DNA of 64,000 nucleotides from positions 61,876,001 through 61,940,000 of the forward strand of contig OX597822.1 of NCBI GenBank assembly GCA_951406725.2. Direction: 5' to 3'. The notes under the pieces are model-generated. The model did no database searches, was not told the origin of the DNA, and saw nothing but the letters and a program-made list of their open reading frames with translations. This DNA is from Octopus vulgaris. Lineage: Eukaryota. Position 1 is the first letter of the stretch. Each line of letters opens with the position of its first letter. The translations under genes and the position numbers were made by a program. This document shows, piece by piece, positions 40,622 through 59,532 of the stretch.

Positions 40622-41050
40622 CTTTTACTTGTTTCAGTCATTTGACTGTGGCCATGCTGGAGCAAATTGACCCAAGGACTTATTCTTTGTAAGCCTAGTA
40701 CTTATTCTATTGGTCTCATTTACCGAACCGCTAAGTTACGGGGACGTAAACACACCAACATCGGTTGTCAAGCAATGTTGGGGGGGGCAAACACGGGGAC
40801 ACAAACACACAAACACAAACACACGCACACACACATACGCACGCGCACGCACACACACACACTCACATATATATATACATATATACGACGGGCTTCTTTC
40901 AGTTTCCGTCTACCAAATCCACTCACAAGGCTTTGGTCGGCCCGAGGCTATAGTAGAAGACACTTGCCCAAGGTGCCACGCAGTGGGACTGAACCCGGAA
41001 CCATGTGGTTCGTGAGCAATCTACTTACCACACAGCCACTCCTACGCCTA
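40622..41050 (-). mobile_element. SINE, family B
   Basis: Near full-length homologue of 17512-18030. Confidence 0.88.
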
Positions 41051-41504
41051 TTGAAAGATTGTATTGTTACTATTGAAAGATTGTATTGTTGCTATTCTAG
41101 TTTTGTGTTTAGTTTTGAAAACCCAGTTATGTTTACTGGCTGTTGACATGGTTACCACAATAGACATTTTTAGAATTATGAATATGGAAGTGATGTTGTT
41201 GTTGTTGTTTTTCATCATAGTGATTGCAGTGATGATAAAACCGATAATGACGACAGCCACAATGAAGATAACGATACAGAAAAAGTTATAACCACGAAAA
41301 CGAAAATTATTATAGAATCAAAGCTTAGGTTTGGTTTTATTTCTGGTAAGATCTACGTAGTAGCGAGTCACTCCCTGTAACTTTAGGTAACCACATGTTT
41401 TCGGCAGCCTTTCAAGTGCTTAAAACCCTCCTGACAATCATTGCTGTCCCTAAGAGACAAACTTTCTGTAGGAGCTTTAACGGGCAATCTGTCATTTAGT
41501 CATT

Positions 41505-41692
41505 TAGTCATTTACTCGTTTGTCATTTGACTGCGGCCATGCTGAAGCACCGCCGTTAGTCGAGCAAATCGCCCCCCAGGACTCATTCTTTGTAAGCCTA
41601 GTACTTATTTTATCGGTCACTTTTGCCGAACCGCTAAGTTACGGAGACATAAACGCACCAACATCAGTTGTCAAGCGATGGTACAGACACAA

Positions 41693-41700
<8 letters not shown>
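41505..41700 (-). mobile_element. SINE family B, 3' half
   Basis: tcatttgactgcggccatgctg...ccgaaccgctaagttacgg matches the family B tail. Confidence 0.8.
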
Positions 41701-41758
<58 letters not shown>

Positions 41759-42286
41759 TATATATATACGTGTATATTTAGGGATAACCACTAGGTGGAT
41801 AACCAATATCCTAGAAGAAGATCTAACTACAAAGAAAAGAATGTTCTCTAGAGAAATTCAGCAAACACCAGAACATAAGCGGGCAAGACAGATGAAAAAT
41901 ATATAAAAATCAAGAATTAATCGTACATTAATTCTTGATTAATTCTTCTGGTCGAGTAACCCATCCTGCTCAAAAGGTCCCTGAATAAGGGTTGTTTAAA
42001 TATGTTGATTGAAGCACCCATGTTTCCAGAGGTGAATTATTGAAACCCAAAGTATCCCTCTCAAAACATGGCTATGATGCTCCCCCACTACTTCTACTCG
42101 TGATTAGAGATGCACATATCATCAGCCACCAAGTAACCTACTCAACTGGTTACGGTCAAACGAGTGCCAAGCAAATCTGTGGTATTGAGCAGAATATTTG
42201 CTGTAGCCCATCTTTTATACCAAGACAAAACAATGTACATGATAACACTTGCAAGCATCCTACCACACATTCACACCTGTTATAAA

Positions 42287-42495
42287 TATTGGTTTCAAAT
42301 TTTGGCACAAGGCCAGCAACTTATAAGGAGGGGATAAGTCGATTACACCGTCTCCACAACTCAATTGGTACTTATTTTATCGATCCCGAAAGGATGAAAA
42401 GCAAATTGGACCTCGGTGGAATTCGAACTCAGAAGGTAAAGAAGGGCGAAATGCCACTAAGAATTTTACTTGGCGTGTTAACGATTCTGCCGCCT
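42287..42495 (-). mobile_element. SINE, family A
   Basis: Reverse complement of the family A core (ggtacttattttatcgatcccgaaaggatgaaa). Confidence 0.8.
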
Positions 42496-42659
42496 TCCCA
42501 CCTTACCAATGTTAGAAATATTATCATGCTCTGGCAGAATTGTTAGTGCGTCGGACAAAATATGCTTGCTGTCTTATAAGTATTTATCAACAAAGTATGG
42601 TCATTAGATATTTCCTATGCGCTGTCTCTGTAAAGACAGCCAACCTTCTTGACAGACGG

Positions 42660-44495
42660 GTCTGCTGGCCCTGAACTTATCCATGACTAAACGGTAAACG
42701 ATAATAGCATCAAAAAGCTAGAGAAGCTAGAAATAACGGGCAAATTCTCCAAATCACTATATAAGACTAACTTCAAAATGGAAGTGCAGATTTCATAATA
42801 TAGACCTCGATACATTATGCCCAAAATAAAGACGAAAGGGTCAAGCTGGAATGTGATTTGATTGCTAGTAATATTGTGTGCATGTCGTTTTAATAGTTAT
42901 TCTTATTTATCTCTAGATCAACCTTGATCGAGCAAGTAGCAAATAGAAAAGGGATCCCCTGGTGTTTTGCAGCTTTAAAAAAAATCAAGACTGGCATGAT
43001 GACGTTGTTGTTGCTGTTTTTCCCTGAGATATTCCGGCTATGTACATTTCTTCTATTTGAGGTGTATTTAGTATTATATAATTCCATGTTTTTCCTTACT
43101 TAGTAGTGTGGGATTTTAAGATTTACTTGCTATTTCTAGCATTTCTGTAGTTTATGTACTGATTCTCATGATAGTGGTTGCAGTGAGATGATAATTATGA
43201 TGACTATGATAGCGATAGTGACGATCATGCTAATTATGAGAAGGTGGAGGAAGATAAGTAAGGGAAAGAGAAGGAGAAAGGAGGAGGAGGAGAAGGAAGA
43301 GGAGAAGAAAGGGGTGGAAGAGAAAGGGGAGGACGGCTATGAATATGATGACGACGACGATGTCGATAAAGTTGATAATGATGATAATGATGACGGTGCT
43401 GATTATGATGACTATTTCGAAATTCGTTTTCGTTATTTTCCCCCAAATAATTTTTTAAAAGTTATTTTTATATTTTGAGAGTTAGTTACTAATTAGACAA
43501 GAAGACAGTGATAAATTATTGAAATTAGTCAGACGAATAATCTAGGGAATCATGTGCTAACTTGTTACTATCAAAACTTGGGATTTCTTTAGTTGCTTTT
43601 ATTATTACCGTTGCTACACAGACCGTGATCGGGCAGAATCGTTTGCACGCCTCGCAAAATGCTTAGCGGCATTGCGTCCATCATTACGTTCTGAGTTCAA
43701 AACTTCACCGAGGTCGATTTTGCTTTTCATCCTTTTGGGGGTCAATGAAATAAATACCGGTCGAACATGGGGTTGATGTAATCGATTTGCTCCCTCTTCT
43801 ACATTTCAGATCTTGCGCGTATAGCAAAAAGGATTATTATGAAGGCAGTGAGCTTGCAGAATCGTTAGCACAACGGACAAATTGCATAGCGCCATTTGCT
43901 TCCGTTTTGGTATTCTGAATTCAATTTCCACCGAGGTTGATCTTGTCTTTACATGTGACATTGTTATTTTCGTTCAGGTGGTTGTTCTGTCGTTATTTAT
44001 CTTCATCTGACTGATGTAGGAAGCCTGCGCGCAAATGTTTGACCTTTCGTCTTTATTTTGGGCATAGTGTATCGAGGTCTATATTATGAAATCTGCCCTT
44101 CCATTTTGAAGTCAGTTTTATATAGTGATCTGGGGAATTTGCCCGTTATTTCTAGCAAATCGAATGACCGTATAGGTGCTGCTTCTCTATCTGGTTGATG
44201 CTATTATCGCTTACCGTTTAGTCATGGAAAAGTTCTGGGTCAGCAGACTTATGATTTCTTTCTATTTGCTTGTTCTCTGGTTCTTCCTTTTCTCTTTGAA
44301 TTCCCCTACCGTTTCAGTGTGATCTAGCCATTTCGTAAGGTCATAATTACTTTTAGTCCTACGAGCTATTTTCATTAGGATTATTTTCAATGAATCATTT
44401 TTTTATCGAAGGCGTTCGAATGTGATTTGATTGGTAATTGTATAGTGTACATGTCGTTTTAATAGTTATTCTTACTTATCTCCAGATCGAGCAGA
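42660..44495. repeat. Local duplication with inversion: 42660-42843 inverted at 44040-44248; 42851-42918 direct at 44419-44488
   Basis: atttcataatatagacctcgatacattatgcccaaaataaagacgaaagg versus its complement at about 44043-44093. The segment catgtcgttttaatagttattctta occurs twice in direct orientation. Confidence 0.85.
43625..43950 (+). mobile_element. Two diverged tandem SINEs, family A
   Basis: gcagaatcgtt...ttctgagttcaaa..ccgaggtcgattttgcttttcatcc, followed by a second head at about 43843. Confidence 0.75.
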
Positions 44496-46359
44496 CTTAT
44501 TTTCGAATAAGTTCTGGATGTGAAATTCACCATTACTTTTTTCTCTTTTACTTTTGTTAGGTATTATATATCAAGGGTTACACTATCAAATGCATGTGTC
44601 CGTTTTTTTAACATGCAACGATTTGATAAACAGAAATTTGGCTGCTGATCTTTTGGAAAATCAAGCAAGTACGTAGAGGCTCCCTTGTTTTCAACTATTC
44701 ATGACTCTTGTTACCAACTGAAACAATTCTTTCGAAGAATGATATCGATTTTTAAATATCTATCTGTATATCGAAAGTGAGAGAGAAATAGAGAGCATGA
44801 GAGAGAGGAGGCAAAGAAGAAGAGAGACAGACAGACGGACATATAGACATGTAGACGAACAGATAGTCAGACAGACAGACACAGAATGGGGAAAGAGACA
44901 ATATATGAATTAGCTGCCACGCGTGTTATGGATTGAGAAAGATACAGAGAAAGCGAGAAACGTTGCATTGGTGAAATATATGTAAATGATAATCTGTGGC
45001 TATTTGTGCACGCATAAAAATTATAAAAACACAGAGATGCCTACTCTGGTTTAATGCTTTATGTAACTGAATGGCTTATAAATACAGACTTTGAGAAAAA
45101 CCTAGTCATCTTATAAAGTAAGTCATCGAAAATAGATATGAGGAAAAGATTGAAAGCAAATCTGATGCTACTTATAGCTAAGATTTAGTTGGTTGATTTA
45201 AAATCTGAACAACAAGCAAATAAAATACGCATAAGAATGTTCTGGTTACACACGTATATGATCAAAGTTACTTCAGATGTGACAGTGTCGTCTTGGCTTT
45301 TGAAAACATAGCGTATTTAGGATCACATCATTGATTCTGTCTTTTGCTTAAAGACAGTTACGTGTGATTTTAAGGTTACTTGGCTGTTAATTATGACAGA
45401 TCGTACAATCTGCTTTATTCTTTATATGTATCAATAGCAGATGAAGGAAGACATAGGGAAAAGCAATAAACTTACAATTACATTGATCTTAAATAGAGAG
45501 GAATTCTAACCATACATGATAAGTAGCAGAAAATTAGGTGCATTAATTATCTCAATTAAGACATAGCTAGATGTACGTTTATGTGTGTCGTTATCGGGGT
45601 TGTAATGATTTCTCTACAGATTAACACCGATACCTCAGCAGATCCATGATCTTTGATATTTTAGTTTGATAATCCATCTTTATGAGAAAGATTTGGCAGC
45701 TAATTCCAACAAGTCGAAAGACGGCTCAGATGCGTGTCTGATTCATGCTTGCATGCATGAAAGTGTGTATGTGTTTGCAGTTTGTTACATGTGCTCGCAT
45801 ATTGTTGCCTATGTGGCGTATGTCTGTGGGTGTATGTATCTGTCTGTGTGTTGTACGAAGATACTTGTATTTAACTGAAAATATTACACGCATACATCAA
45901 GGCATATATTGCATAAAAAGAAACCTATGGATATCAATGCGTATATACAAAAATTATCCATGAAATTGCGAGACAAAATCGCCCTATAGGGTATCCTTCA
46001 AATTTAAAAACAAACAAGGAGCATAATTCCAATAAAATCAATTGATTCAAATTTTTTTTAAATATTGAAATTGATTTGAATCCGACTGATGAAAGCGTCC
46101 TTTTAGACTCCTACGTTACTACCCCCATAACAGATTGATGTCAATTGTTTTATAGAATTCTTACAATACAGAGGCGGGGCCATCATGTTTAACTTCCCAG
46201 TCATTTGGGCACAACTCTGAGTTATTTATACTAAACTTATTTTCCTTTCACCTGCCCACGAATATATACATATGCATATGTGTGTATGTGTGTGTGTGCG
46301 TGTGTATGTGTGTGCGTGTGCGTGTGTGTGTGTGTGAGTGCGTGTGTGTGTGTGTGTGA

Positions 46360-46605
46360 GGAAGTATGGCCTAGTGGTTAGGTGTTGCACTCACTATCAA
46401 TCGGGCGTGATTACAATTCCTAGACCGAGTGGTGCGTTGTGTTCTTGAGCAAAACACTTCATCTCACATTGCTCTCAATTCAAATCGACATCTGACACGT
46501 GACACACAGTGCATCTGTTCAGTGAACTAATATGCGGCTCGAACATTTGATCACTACAAGCAAATCATTTGTGCAAGTTGTTCAGCGACGGTTGAATGCT
46601 CATGC
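46360..46605 (+). mobile_element. tRNA-derived SINE, family C-like
   Basis: tggcctagtggttagg head and the core gcgttgtgttcttgagcaaaacactt. Confidence 0.7.
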
Positions 46606-46686
46606 ATCATCTTCGACGAGATAGTCCATCATATATATTTACATACATATATATATATATATAATAATAATAGTAATAACAACAAC

Positions 46687-50977
<4,291 letters not shown>

Positions 50978-51005
50978 AATAATAATAATAATAATAATAA
51001 TAACG

Positions 51006-51069
<64 letters not shown>

Positions 51070-51074
51070 TAATA

Positions 51075-51140
<66 letters not shown>

Positions 51141-51170
51141 ATGATGGTGGTGGTGGTGGTGATGATGATG

Positions 51171-51242
<72 letters not shown>

Positions 51243-51385
51243 TTAATAAGTAGTTCGGTATGTTAAAAGAACTGTTATCGGTAAACTTGGACAAAAATTT
51301 TTATAATTATGAGTATAATTATAATTGGAGTTCAGCAAACATTTGCTTCACCACATACCGAACCCTAATTATATAATTATACTCA

Positions 51386-51483
<98 letters not shown>

Positions 51484-51506
51484 TACGTATATATATACAT
51501 ATATAC

Positions 51507-51562
<56 letters not shown>

Positions 51563-51685
51563 TGTTAAAAAATAGTAATGGTATTTTATATAAGCTTAAA
51601 TATTATGGCAGTGACCAAGGAAAATAGTCTAATAAAGAAGCATAAGCCCTCGACAGAAAAAGAAGGCTTTCCTATCCGCATGCAT

Positions 51686-51721
<36 letters not shown>

Positions 51722-52253
51722 ACACGCATACACACACATATGCACACACACAAACACACATATATACATGTATGTATATATACATATATATGTATGAATA
51801 TATATATATACACATATGTGTGTAGAGAGAGAGAGTGTGAGTGACACATATATGTATGGCAATTAATTGTCTATAATTTAAGATGGCTGCTACGAAATAT
51901 AAAATAAATTGAAGATATAAATTAATATTATTGGAACTATTTTTTCTTTTGTTATTGAAAGCAAGAAAGCGTGGACTCTATATTTCGATAAAAGGAAAAA
52001 TGCAAAATAAACATAAAACCAAATATATTAACATGAGATTTCTTCTCATGAGACGTCCTACATTTTGAAATATTGACAAGTTGAATATATGTATTCTTTG
52101 CAATATTTTTTAACCTAGTTTCTTCACCCTAGATATGAATAAGTCATAATCACTTTCAATTACAAGCTTTTGTTAAACGCAAACTGATAACAATAAACTA
52201 TTATATAAATAAGAAAAACAAGGAAAACAGAAATAATGAGAAAATATACAAAA

Positions 52254-52680
52254 TCTATTATGTAAAATCCGTTCTGTCTGTCTGTGTGTGTGTCTTCTAG
52301 GATCTCGGGCATCCTCCATTCGATTACGCTCAAATTTGATATGTAGATACCGACGGTATCAGGGCGTGTATAAGTCTTGAAAAAATTACAAAAATCGATT
52401 CAATGTGAGAATGCGATCGATATAGCCGTGGGAACGTGCATTTGTACGCGCAAGTACATCAGCTGTTGCGATCGATACTACGCGTGCGCGAGAAAAATGC
52501 ACGTGCAGTTTGCGCAAAAAAAGCCGGCCTGTTTGGTGTCTCAAATTTAGGTTAAATCAGTGTTTCTCAAAGGGGAGGCCTATGGGACGGTCGGTCATGT
52601 TGATTTGAGAAAATTTGGTTTAAATGTTTGATAACTCAGCACCGTCCATTGGACGGGGAGCGTTTTGCTCGTAATTTATA
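52254..52680 (+). mobile_element. Non-autonomous Helitron-like element
   Basis: Starts a|TCtattatgtaaaatccgttctgtctgtctg. Homologous, in inverted orientation, to 9240-9596. Confidence 0.65.
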
Positions 52681-53269
52681 TGAGTAAAATGTAGGAAATA
52701 TTTAAACCATGTATGGTCGGTCGGCAAATGATCGATGCGTAGTTCGATGGCCATCGTGTTATTTTTCCTGTCTAACGCAGCGCTTATATTGTAACATACA
52801 TACATACATACATACATACATACATACATACATACATACATACATACATACATACATACATACGTACAGAAGCAATAACGTGATCCTAAACACGCTATGT
52901 CTTCAAAAGCCAAGACGAAACTGTCACATCTGAAGTACCTTTGATCATATACGTGTGTAACCAGAAAATTCTTATGCGTGTTTTATTTGCTTGTTGTTCA
53001 GATTTTAAATCAACCACCTAAATCTTAGCTATAAGTAGCATCGATAATTTCCGTAGCTTATTTTCTTACATTGATCGTACAAATCAGATTTGCTTTCAAA
53101 AGGTATCCATATACAACATCCTGCATACATGCAAAGAATTTTTCTCCATCCTTTGCAGCTTTTCAACTCACTGCTTTAAAAACCTATGTCCGAAGGAACT
53201 ACCTTCCGTTAAAGGCAAGAAATTTTACCACAAAGAATGCTTAAATACAAGGTTGAGGTTTAGTTAGGA

Positions 53270-53740
53270 AAAATGTTCCTGTGTGGTTGTGAAGTGAAGA
53301 GAAAACTTTAGACTAGACTAGCAGCATCGCCATCAATGACTCGGCTCTTTCGTCGAAATCTAATGAAGAATGCTACAAATACCCAGGTATAAATGAAAAC
53401 TTAACTTATCTTAGTTTTCTTTTTTATCTTATCTTGTATAAATGAAAACTTATCTTATCTGAAACAAAGAACGTGTCACCAAGAAATATAACAGCCGGAT
53501 ATTAAAAATATAAACCGCACAACTCTCCGTACACAATTAAGCAGTAACTCACATTGCGTTAGCAGCATCAGTACCCACACTAACATTTGGGCTACTTGAT
53601 TGGAGGCTTGGAGAAATCCGAGCTATTGATATAAAAAACCCAAAAGATACTGACCAGCACGAATAATTTTCACATCAACAATGACGTAAACCAGCTCTAC
53701 TAAAAACGAAAATAAGTGGGCAATGGCTATCATCTATTCA
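53270..53740 (+). pseudogene. Decayed R4-like RT C-terminal (thumb) fragment
   Basis: ECYKYPGINEN...KERVTKKY..TFGLLDWRLGEIRAIDI..KILTSTNNFHINNDVNQLY parallels the 49420-49720 region of the Dong element (YKYLG..NWT..ID.KTRK..HHPKSDIERLY). Confidence 0.7.
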
Positions 53741-54667
53741 AAAAGAGGGAAAGATTCTTGGTGTTGTTTATCGTGGACAGGGATTGTGCAGGCCAAGCTG
53801 TCAATTCCGAAGATATGATGACTCGATTTTTACTCAGGTTACCAACAATCATGTTATCAGTTAAAACGAATACAAGACAAAGAACATTGTATCATGGAGC
53901 TAAATAATTTTCTATGTTCTGGAAATATATTTAAAAATCAGAAGATAGTTTATCAGTTGACATATTTCACATTTTCCTGGAAGGTTCTTAACTACTACTT
54001 TTCGCTTTTCATTTCAACAGAATATTATACTCACATATGTAAATGTAATACCATTCTTAAAAGCAGATCAAAAAAAAAAAAGAAGACTATGAATCTTCAA
54101 TAATATTAACTCGTGACTTTATATGCTTAGTAACGATCCACTCAAGAATTCTCCACATTTATTGCACAGCCTGTTAGAGTATTCATATTTCTTTAAGAAA
54201 TAAAAGAAAAACAGAGGTGATACATTAGATCTAACCCAATTAATAAGAACTGACTTTGGAGATAAACACTAACTATATTGTCACGAGCCGGGTCGAATAC
54301 TGCTACACAGGTGCACCATCTGATAGAATTAGTATTTAATTTTCCTTCAAACTGGAACACTATCCGCCTAAAAATGTAAGTGCACATTGTGTAATGCTGT
54401 CTGGGAGACATTATGCCATAAAGAAAGAAAAGTCGAGATGCTGAAAATCTAAAGTTGTTTGAATGGCTGTCTACGCATCACACGCTTGATCGATTAAGCT
54501 GGCATATCGCTAAACAGCAATACTAATCTAGTTAGGAGTTTTTGTTTCTTGAATTGTGACGAGTTTTTTTAGTTTTATTTTTTTCTTTGTTGCACAAATG
54601 TAAAGAACAAGGAAATAGAAGAGTATATATTTACTAATACTCACATGCCGGTACATAGATTGTGTGT

Positions 54668-54719
<52 letters not shown>

Positions 54720-54752
54720 AATATCTGTGTATTATAGATAAATATAGATAGG

Positions 54753-54804
<52 letters not shown>

Positions 54805-54865
54805 CAGAGAGACAGGTAAGCAGACAGAAAGACAGATAGACAGACAGACAAACAGACATACAAAC

Positions 54866-54948
<83 letters not shown>

Positions 54949-55854
54949 CAGACGGCCAGATACTTGCATGCATACATACATACATACATACATACATACA
55001 TACATACATACATACATACATACATACATACATACATACATACATACATACATACATACATACGTAGTTGGTGTACCGATGTACTCAGAATAACAGGAAC
55101 AAATCTCAGAACTGAAAGTAAAATAACAGATATTCAATGAAGATGAAAAATGTTCAGGATTACGAGTTACTGCATTTTAATCTGCCGAATCTCCATAATA
55201 TAAAAAACGCTTAAGAATATTTAGAATCGAAGACAAAGGCGGCAGTGAATTTTTGTCGGGATAGTGGTGAAAGTAGACTTGTCAATTGTGTAACATATGA
55301 GACAGTTTAAACATTAAAATATGGAGGTATATGAGAAATATTTAATTATTCAGAAAGCGATCGGTTGGAAAGAAATCAGGATTAGATCACTTGGTTTTCG
55401 TAAAATTATTATTACAGAATATCACTTTCATTCGCTATTCTCACTTTTGATGAGAAGGGGAGAATGAGGACTCATGCGTTCAAGAAGAGAATGAAAATCG
55501 TATTAAAATTAAAATATCAAAAGAAACACGAATTATTTTTATTATTCATAAAACAGTGGATTTTAAAGAAATCGGTGATTCATCTCGGAGGTCTTGATTT
55601 AATCATAGCCATGACTTAATAGTGGTGAAATCACTCACCACTCTAATTAACAATTTTCAGCTGTTTGATCCGATAAACAGCTTAAAGTATTTTAGCATTT
55701 GGAAACATTTCTGCATACAAAGAGATATCAGCTGTGAATGATAATTGAGGAGAGAGATAAAGAGAGAGACATACAAAAATAGAATGAGAAAGACAATCAA
55801 ATAGAAAGGCAGACACAAAAAAAGATGGGGGAGAGAGGGGGGAAGGGAGAAAGA

Positions 55855-55916
55855 GAGAGAAAGAGAAAACAAGAGAGAAAGAGAAAACAAGAGAGAAAGA
55901 GAAAACAAGAGAGAAA
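55855..55916. repeat. 18-bp purine-rich minisatellite (gagagaaagagaaaacaa) x3
   Basis: Direct tandem units visible. Confidence 0.85.
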
Positions 55917-56422
55917 CTGACAGACAGAGACAGAATGAGAGAGATAAAATGAGAGAGACAATCAATAGAAAGACAGATACAAAAGAATGGAGAGAAAGAG
56001 AGAGAGAAAGGAGAGAGGGCGATTCGGAAACAATATTTTATACGACTCGGAAATACAAAGAAACAGTACTGTTGTGATAATTGCAATACGAGAGACATAT
56101 CCTAGCCATTCAAAAACACACCAAAACAGGAACTTGTCATTATTTTCCACTGTGGTCCACTAAATATTCCACTGTTACGTCACTGACCAGGTCACAGTAG
56201 GTATGACGAAAATATTGACACTAAATAATAAATTAACCTTTTAACATGGCTCAAATATTCAGCCTACTTTATGCTCAAACCGGCAAGATCCAGCCTCTCA
56301 CACCTACCCAACAATGTCATTCTAAAAATACATAACCAAGTCATCGAAATCTCGAGGCTACGAAATGAGGTATGATTAATTCAAAACAATATGAATAAAT
56401 AAGCATTATAGTTGACAGTGTA

Positions 56423-56665
56423 GAGGCGTGTGGCCCAGTGGTTAGGTTGTTGGACTCATGATCGTAAGATTGTGATTTCGATTCCTGGACCGGGCTACGC
56501 GTTGTTCTTGAGCAAAACACTTTATTTCCCGTTATTCCAGTCCACTCAGCTGGCAAAAATGAGTAATCCTGCAACGGACCGGCGTCCTGTCCAGGAGGGT
56601 ATATATATGCCACGGAAACCGGGAAACCGGCATTATGAATCTATATGACTCGGGAAGGATTTTTA
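56423..56665 (+). mobile_element. tRNA-derived SINE, family C
   Basis: ggcgtgtggcccagtggttagg...tttcgattcctggaccgggc...ttcttgagcaaaacactttatttc. Confidence 0.8.
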
Positions 56666-56881
56666 CCCTATAATTGACAGGATAATCTGAATGCTAACGA
56701 GTTAAGGGATGTTAACAGTCTGTGTGTTTCTGAATGGCTAATATACGTCTTCCACGTTGCAAATGTTTTAGTTTCAACATAAGGTCTCAGATGAAATCAC
56801 GTCTCTAGCAAGTACATCTCCGAAAAAAGCAGTCAGGATTTGCGAAAACCTTCCTGCTTATCAATAATTAAAACATTTCTA

Positions 56882-57145
56882 AGGCAGCAAGCTGGCAAAA
56901 ACATTAGCACGCCGTGCGAAATACTTAGCGGTATTTTGTCTGTCTTCACGTTCTGTGTTCAAAGTCCACCGAGATCGACTTTGCTTTTTATCCTTTCGGA
57001 GTCGCTAAAATAAGTACTAGTTGATTACTGGGATCGATGTAATCGACTTCCCGGTTCTTCGAAATTACTGACCTTCTTCCAAAATTCGAAATTAATAACT
57101 AGATATTTCTAAGGCGACAAGCTGTCAGAATCATTAGTACGCCGA
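56882..57145 (+). mobile_element. SINE family A plus a second truncated head
   Basis: ggcagcaagctggcaaaaacattagcacgccg...ccgagatcgactttgcttttta. A second head starts at about 57112. Confidence 0.78.
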
Positions 57146-57202
57146 GTTTGCTAGGGAAGCTTTCTGTGATAACCACAAAATTCTATGAATCTAAATATTA
57201 CA

Positions 57203-57263
<61 letters not shown>

Positions 57264-57489
57264 TCAGGGAGTATAACTCCAAACTTACAGGGAAAAATTC
57301 AATTTAGTATTAAATCAAATTTCACAATATAAATATATAATATATATATAAATTAGAGAAAAACCACTATAGTGTAAGTCAAACAATGATAGACATACAC
57401 CATATCATATAGAAAAAATAAAATATATGATAAAACATATATCTAGATCACAAAAGTGCATAAAATAAACAGTATATAACAAGTAAAAA

Positions 57490-57591
57490 GACTAATTACG
57501 TTTCATGGTTATAAATTCAATTCGAAGTACAATTAAATTTAATTTTAATCCAAAAATAATTCAATTTAGAAGTATAGTCACTCCTCAGGTC
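57490..57591 (-). ncRNA. Hammerhead-like motif, probably decayed, long AU-rich stem II
   Basis: Minus strand gac-CUGAGGA-gtgactata...tataaccat-GAAAC-gtaa-tta-gtc. Stem III is mismatched. Confidence 0.5.
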
Positions 57592-58323
57592 AACAATAAT
57601 AACAATAATAGTTAAATAAATACATATTTTTAATAAATAATCAAATAGAATTAAACAATATTTCTTGAAGAAATAAAAACATGATTCTTCTTATTAAAGA
57701 AACTCTGTTGTTAATTAAATTTGAAACTTAAAAAGTAGGACCAGGTGTCTATAATACATTTATCACGTTAAAAACCTAAGGTAAAAAATAGAGTAAATAG
57801 ATAGAAATATGTGAAATTATATTTTAGCTTTGAGAATAATTTAAACAAACTATAGTATATCTTTACTGGAAAAATATAAGAGTCCAATTATTTAAAATAA
57901 AAATACTTAAAATAAATCATATACTTAAGCTAAATTACTACAATTTAATCTATATTTATCAATTAAATAAATTATATATTAATTATTAATTAAATAAACA
58001 CCTAATTTGATCAGACACTATGTACTAAACTCTATTCAAAATATGTGTAGACTTATGATATATCTTATATCAACAACGTTACAGCCACAACCCTGAAATA
58101 CATAATGGTTTTTCTCTAATTTATATATATATATTCTTTTATTTAACTGCAGTCATGCTGGAGCACTACCTTCTTACCACATAGCAACGCCATATAAATA
58201 ACCTTTCGAAGCGTCGATTGTGTTTGGTATTTTACAAGCAAGAAAGTAAATTACGAACGCAGTATAGCTGTGAAAACTGCAGCAAGATTGGGTACTTTAC
58301 CTGATAAGATGGAAAAAAAAGTA

Positions 58324-58392
58324 GGCGGTTATGGGAATCAAACCCGTACCCCTCAGATACCGACTGAGGTCTCTACCAGTAAGCTAAACGCC
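58324..58392 (-). pseudogene. tRNA-like sequence (anticodon GGT, Thr-like), probably a pseudogene or SINE head
   Basis: GGCGTT-TAGCTTACTGGTAGAG-ac-CTCAG-tcGGTat-CTGAG-gggt-acggg-TTTGATT-cccat-AACCGCC folds as an imperfect cloverleaf. Confidence 0.55.
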
Positions 58393-58610
58393 TCGTTAAT
58401 AACAATTACCGTCAACTTTAAAGCTAAATAATAAATTTCTCGAGTGCGACATTTTACAAACTAACTTTGGAATCGTGGAATGTGTTCGGTATTTTATAGA
58501 CAAGAAAGTAAATTTCGGACGCAGCATAACTGATAAAACAACAGAAAGATTGGGTATTTACTTTTATAAGACGGTAATTGTTGTCAGTGAGACTTGTCAT
58601 TTCTTGTCTG

Positions 58611-58687
<77 letters not shown>

Positions 58688-58688
<1 letters not shown>

Positions 58689-59532
58689 GATTATTTATGG
58701 ACGATCGTTTCTGGATTAGAATCGTAAAGTTCATTTCCTTATCAACATAATATTTCCCATAAATCTAGAAATGGTAGGAAAAACTTACCGCCTATATATT
58801 CGACCAGGCGACATCGAAAGATATAAGAGTCCGCTAGCATATCCACATTTATATAGACAAGCGAATTCGTATCTCCCTCCCAAAATTTCACCACGTGAGT
58901 CACAAAAACAGTACTGCCGAAACGAAGTTTCTCAGTTTAATTGTAGGGGAGTAAAAGTATTCAATACAGATAAAAGGTGAAATATAATTAATTTAATAAA
59001 ATCAATAAATTTCACTTAGTAGTGTTTCGGTATGGAAAGGACCATATTCGGTAAAAATTTATATAATCATAATAAAGGGTTTTTTGCAACAAGTTGCTTA
59101 AACCACATACCGAAAAAATTAGAAATAGCAGTCGAAGGGCTACTATTACTATCACTACAAAAATAAGTCTCCGCAAACAACAGCCTTTGTAACTCATATA
59201 TGTTGATAAGGAAATGAACTTTACGATTCTAATCCAGAAACGATCGTCCATAATTAATCCAGTAGACTGTGTGATTCGTTGTTTTCCTTTCTTCTTTTAC
59301 CATATATAAGTTACAAAGGCTGTTGTTTGCGGAGACTTATTTTTGTAGTGATAGTAATAGTAGCCCTTTGACTGCTATTTCTAATTTTTTTGGTATGTGG
59401 TTTAAGCAACTTGTTGCAAAAAACCTTTTATTATAATTATATACATTTTTACCGAATATGGTCCTTTCCATACTGAAACACTACTAGGTGAAATTTATTG
59501 ATTTTATTAAATTAATTATATTTCACCCTTTA

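Noticed and set aside
43188-43478. Acidic/basic low-complexity ORF
   Set aside because: Degenerate (GAT)n and (GAG/GAA)n simple repeats.
51250-51393. Short inverted repeats (21 bp and 11 bp)
   Set aside because: Very AT-rich and short. Possibly another small fold-back remnant, but not classifiable.
54195-54381. Possible plus-strand exon ending at a gtaagt donor
   Set aside because: The frames I checked from nearby acceptors contain stops, and no recognisable protein was found.
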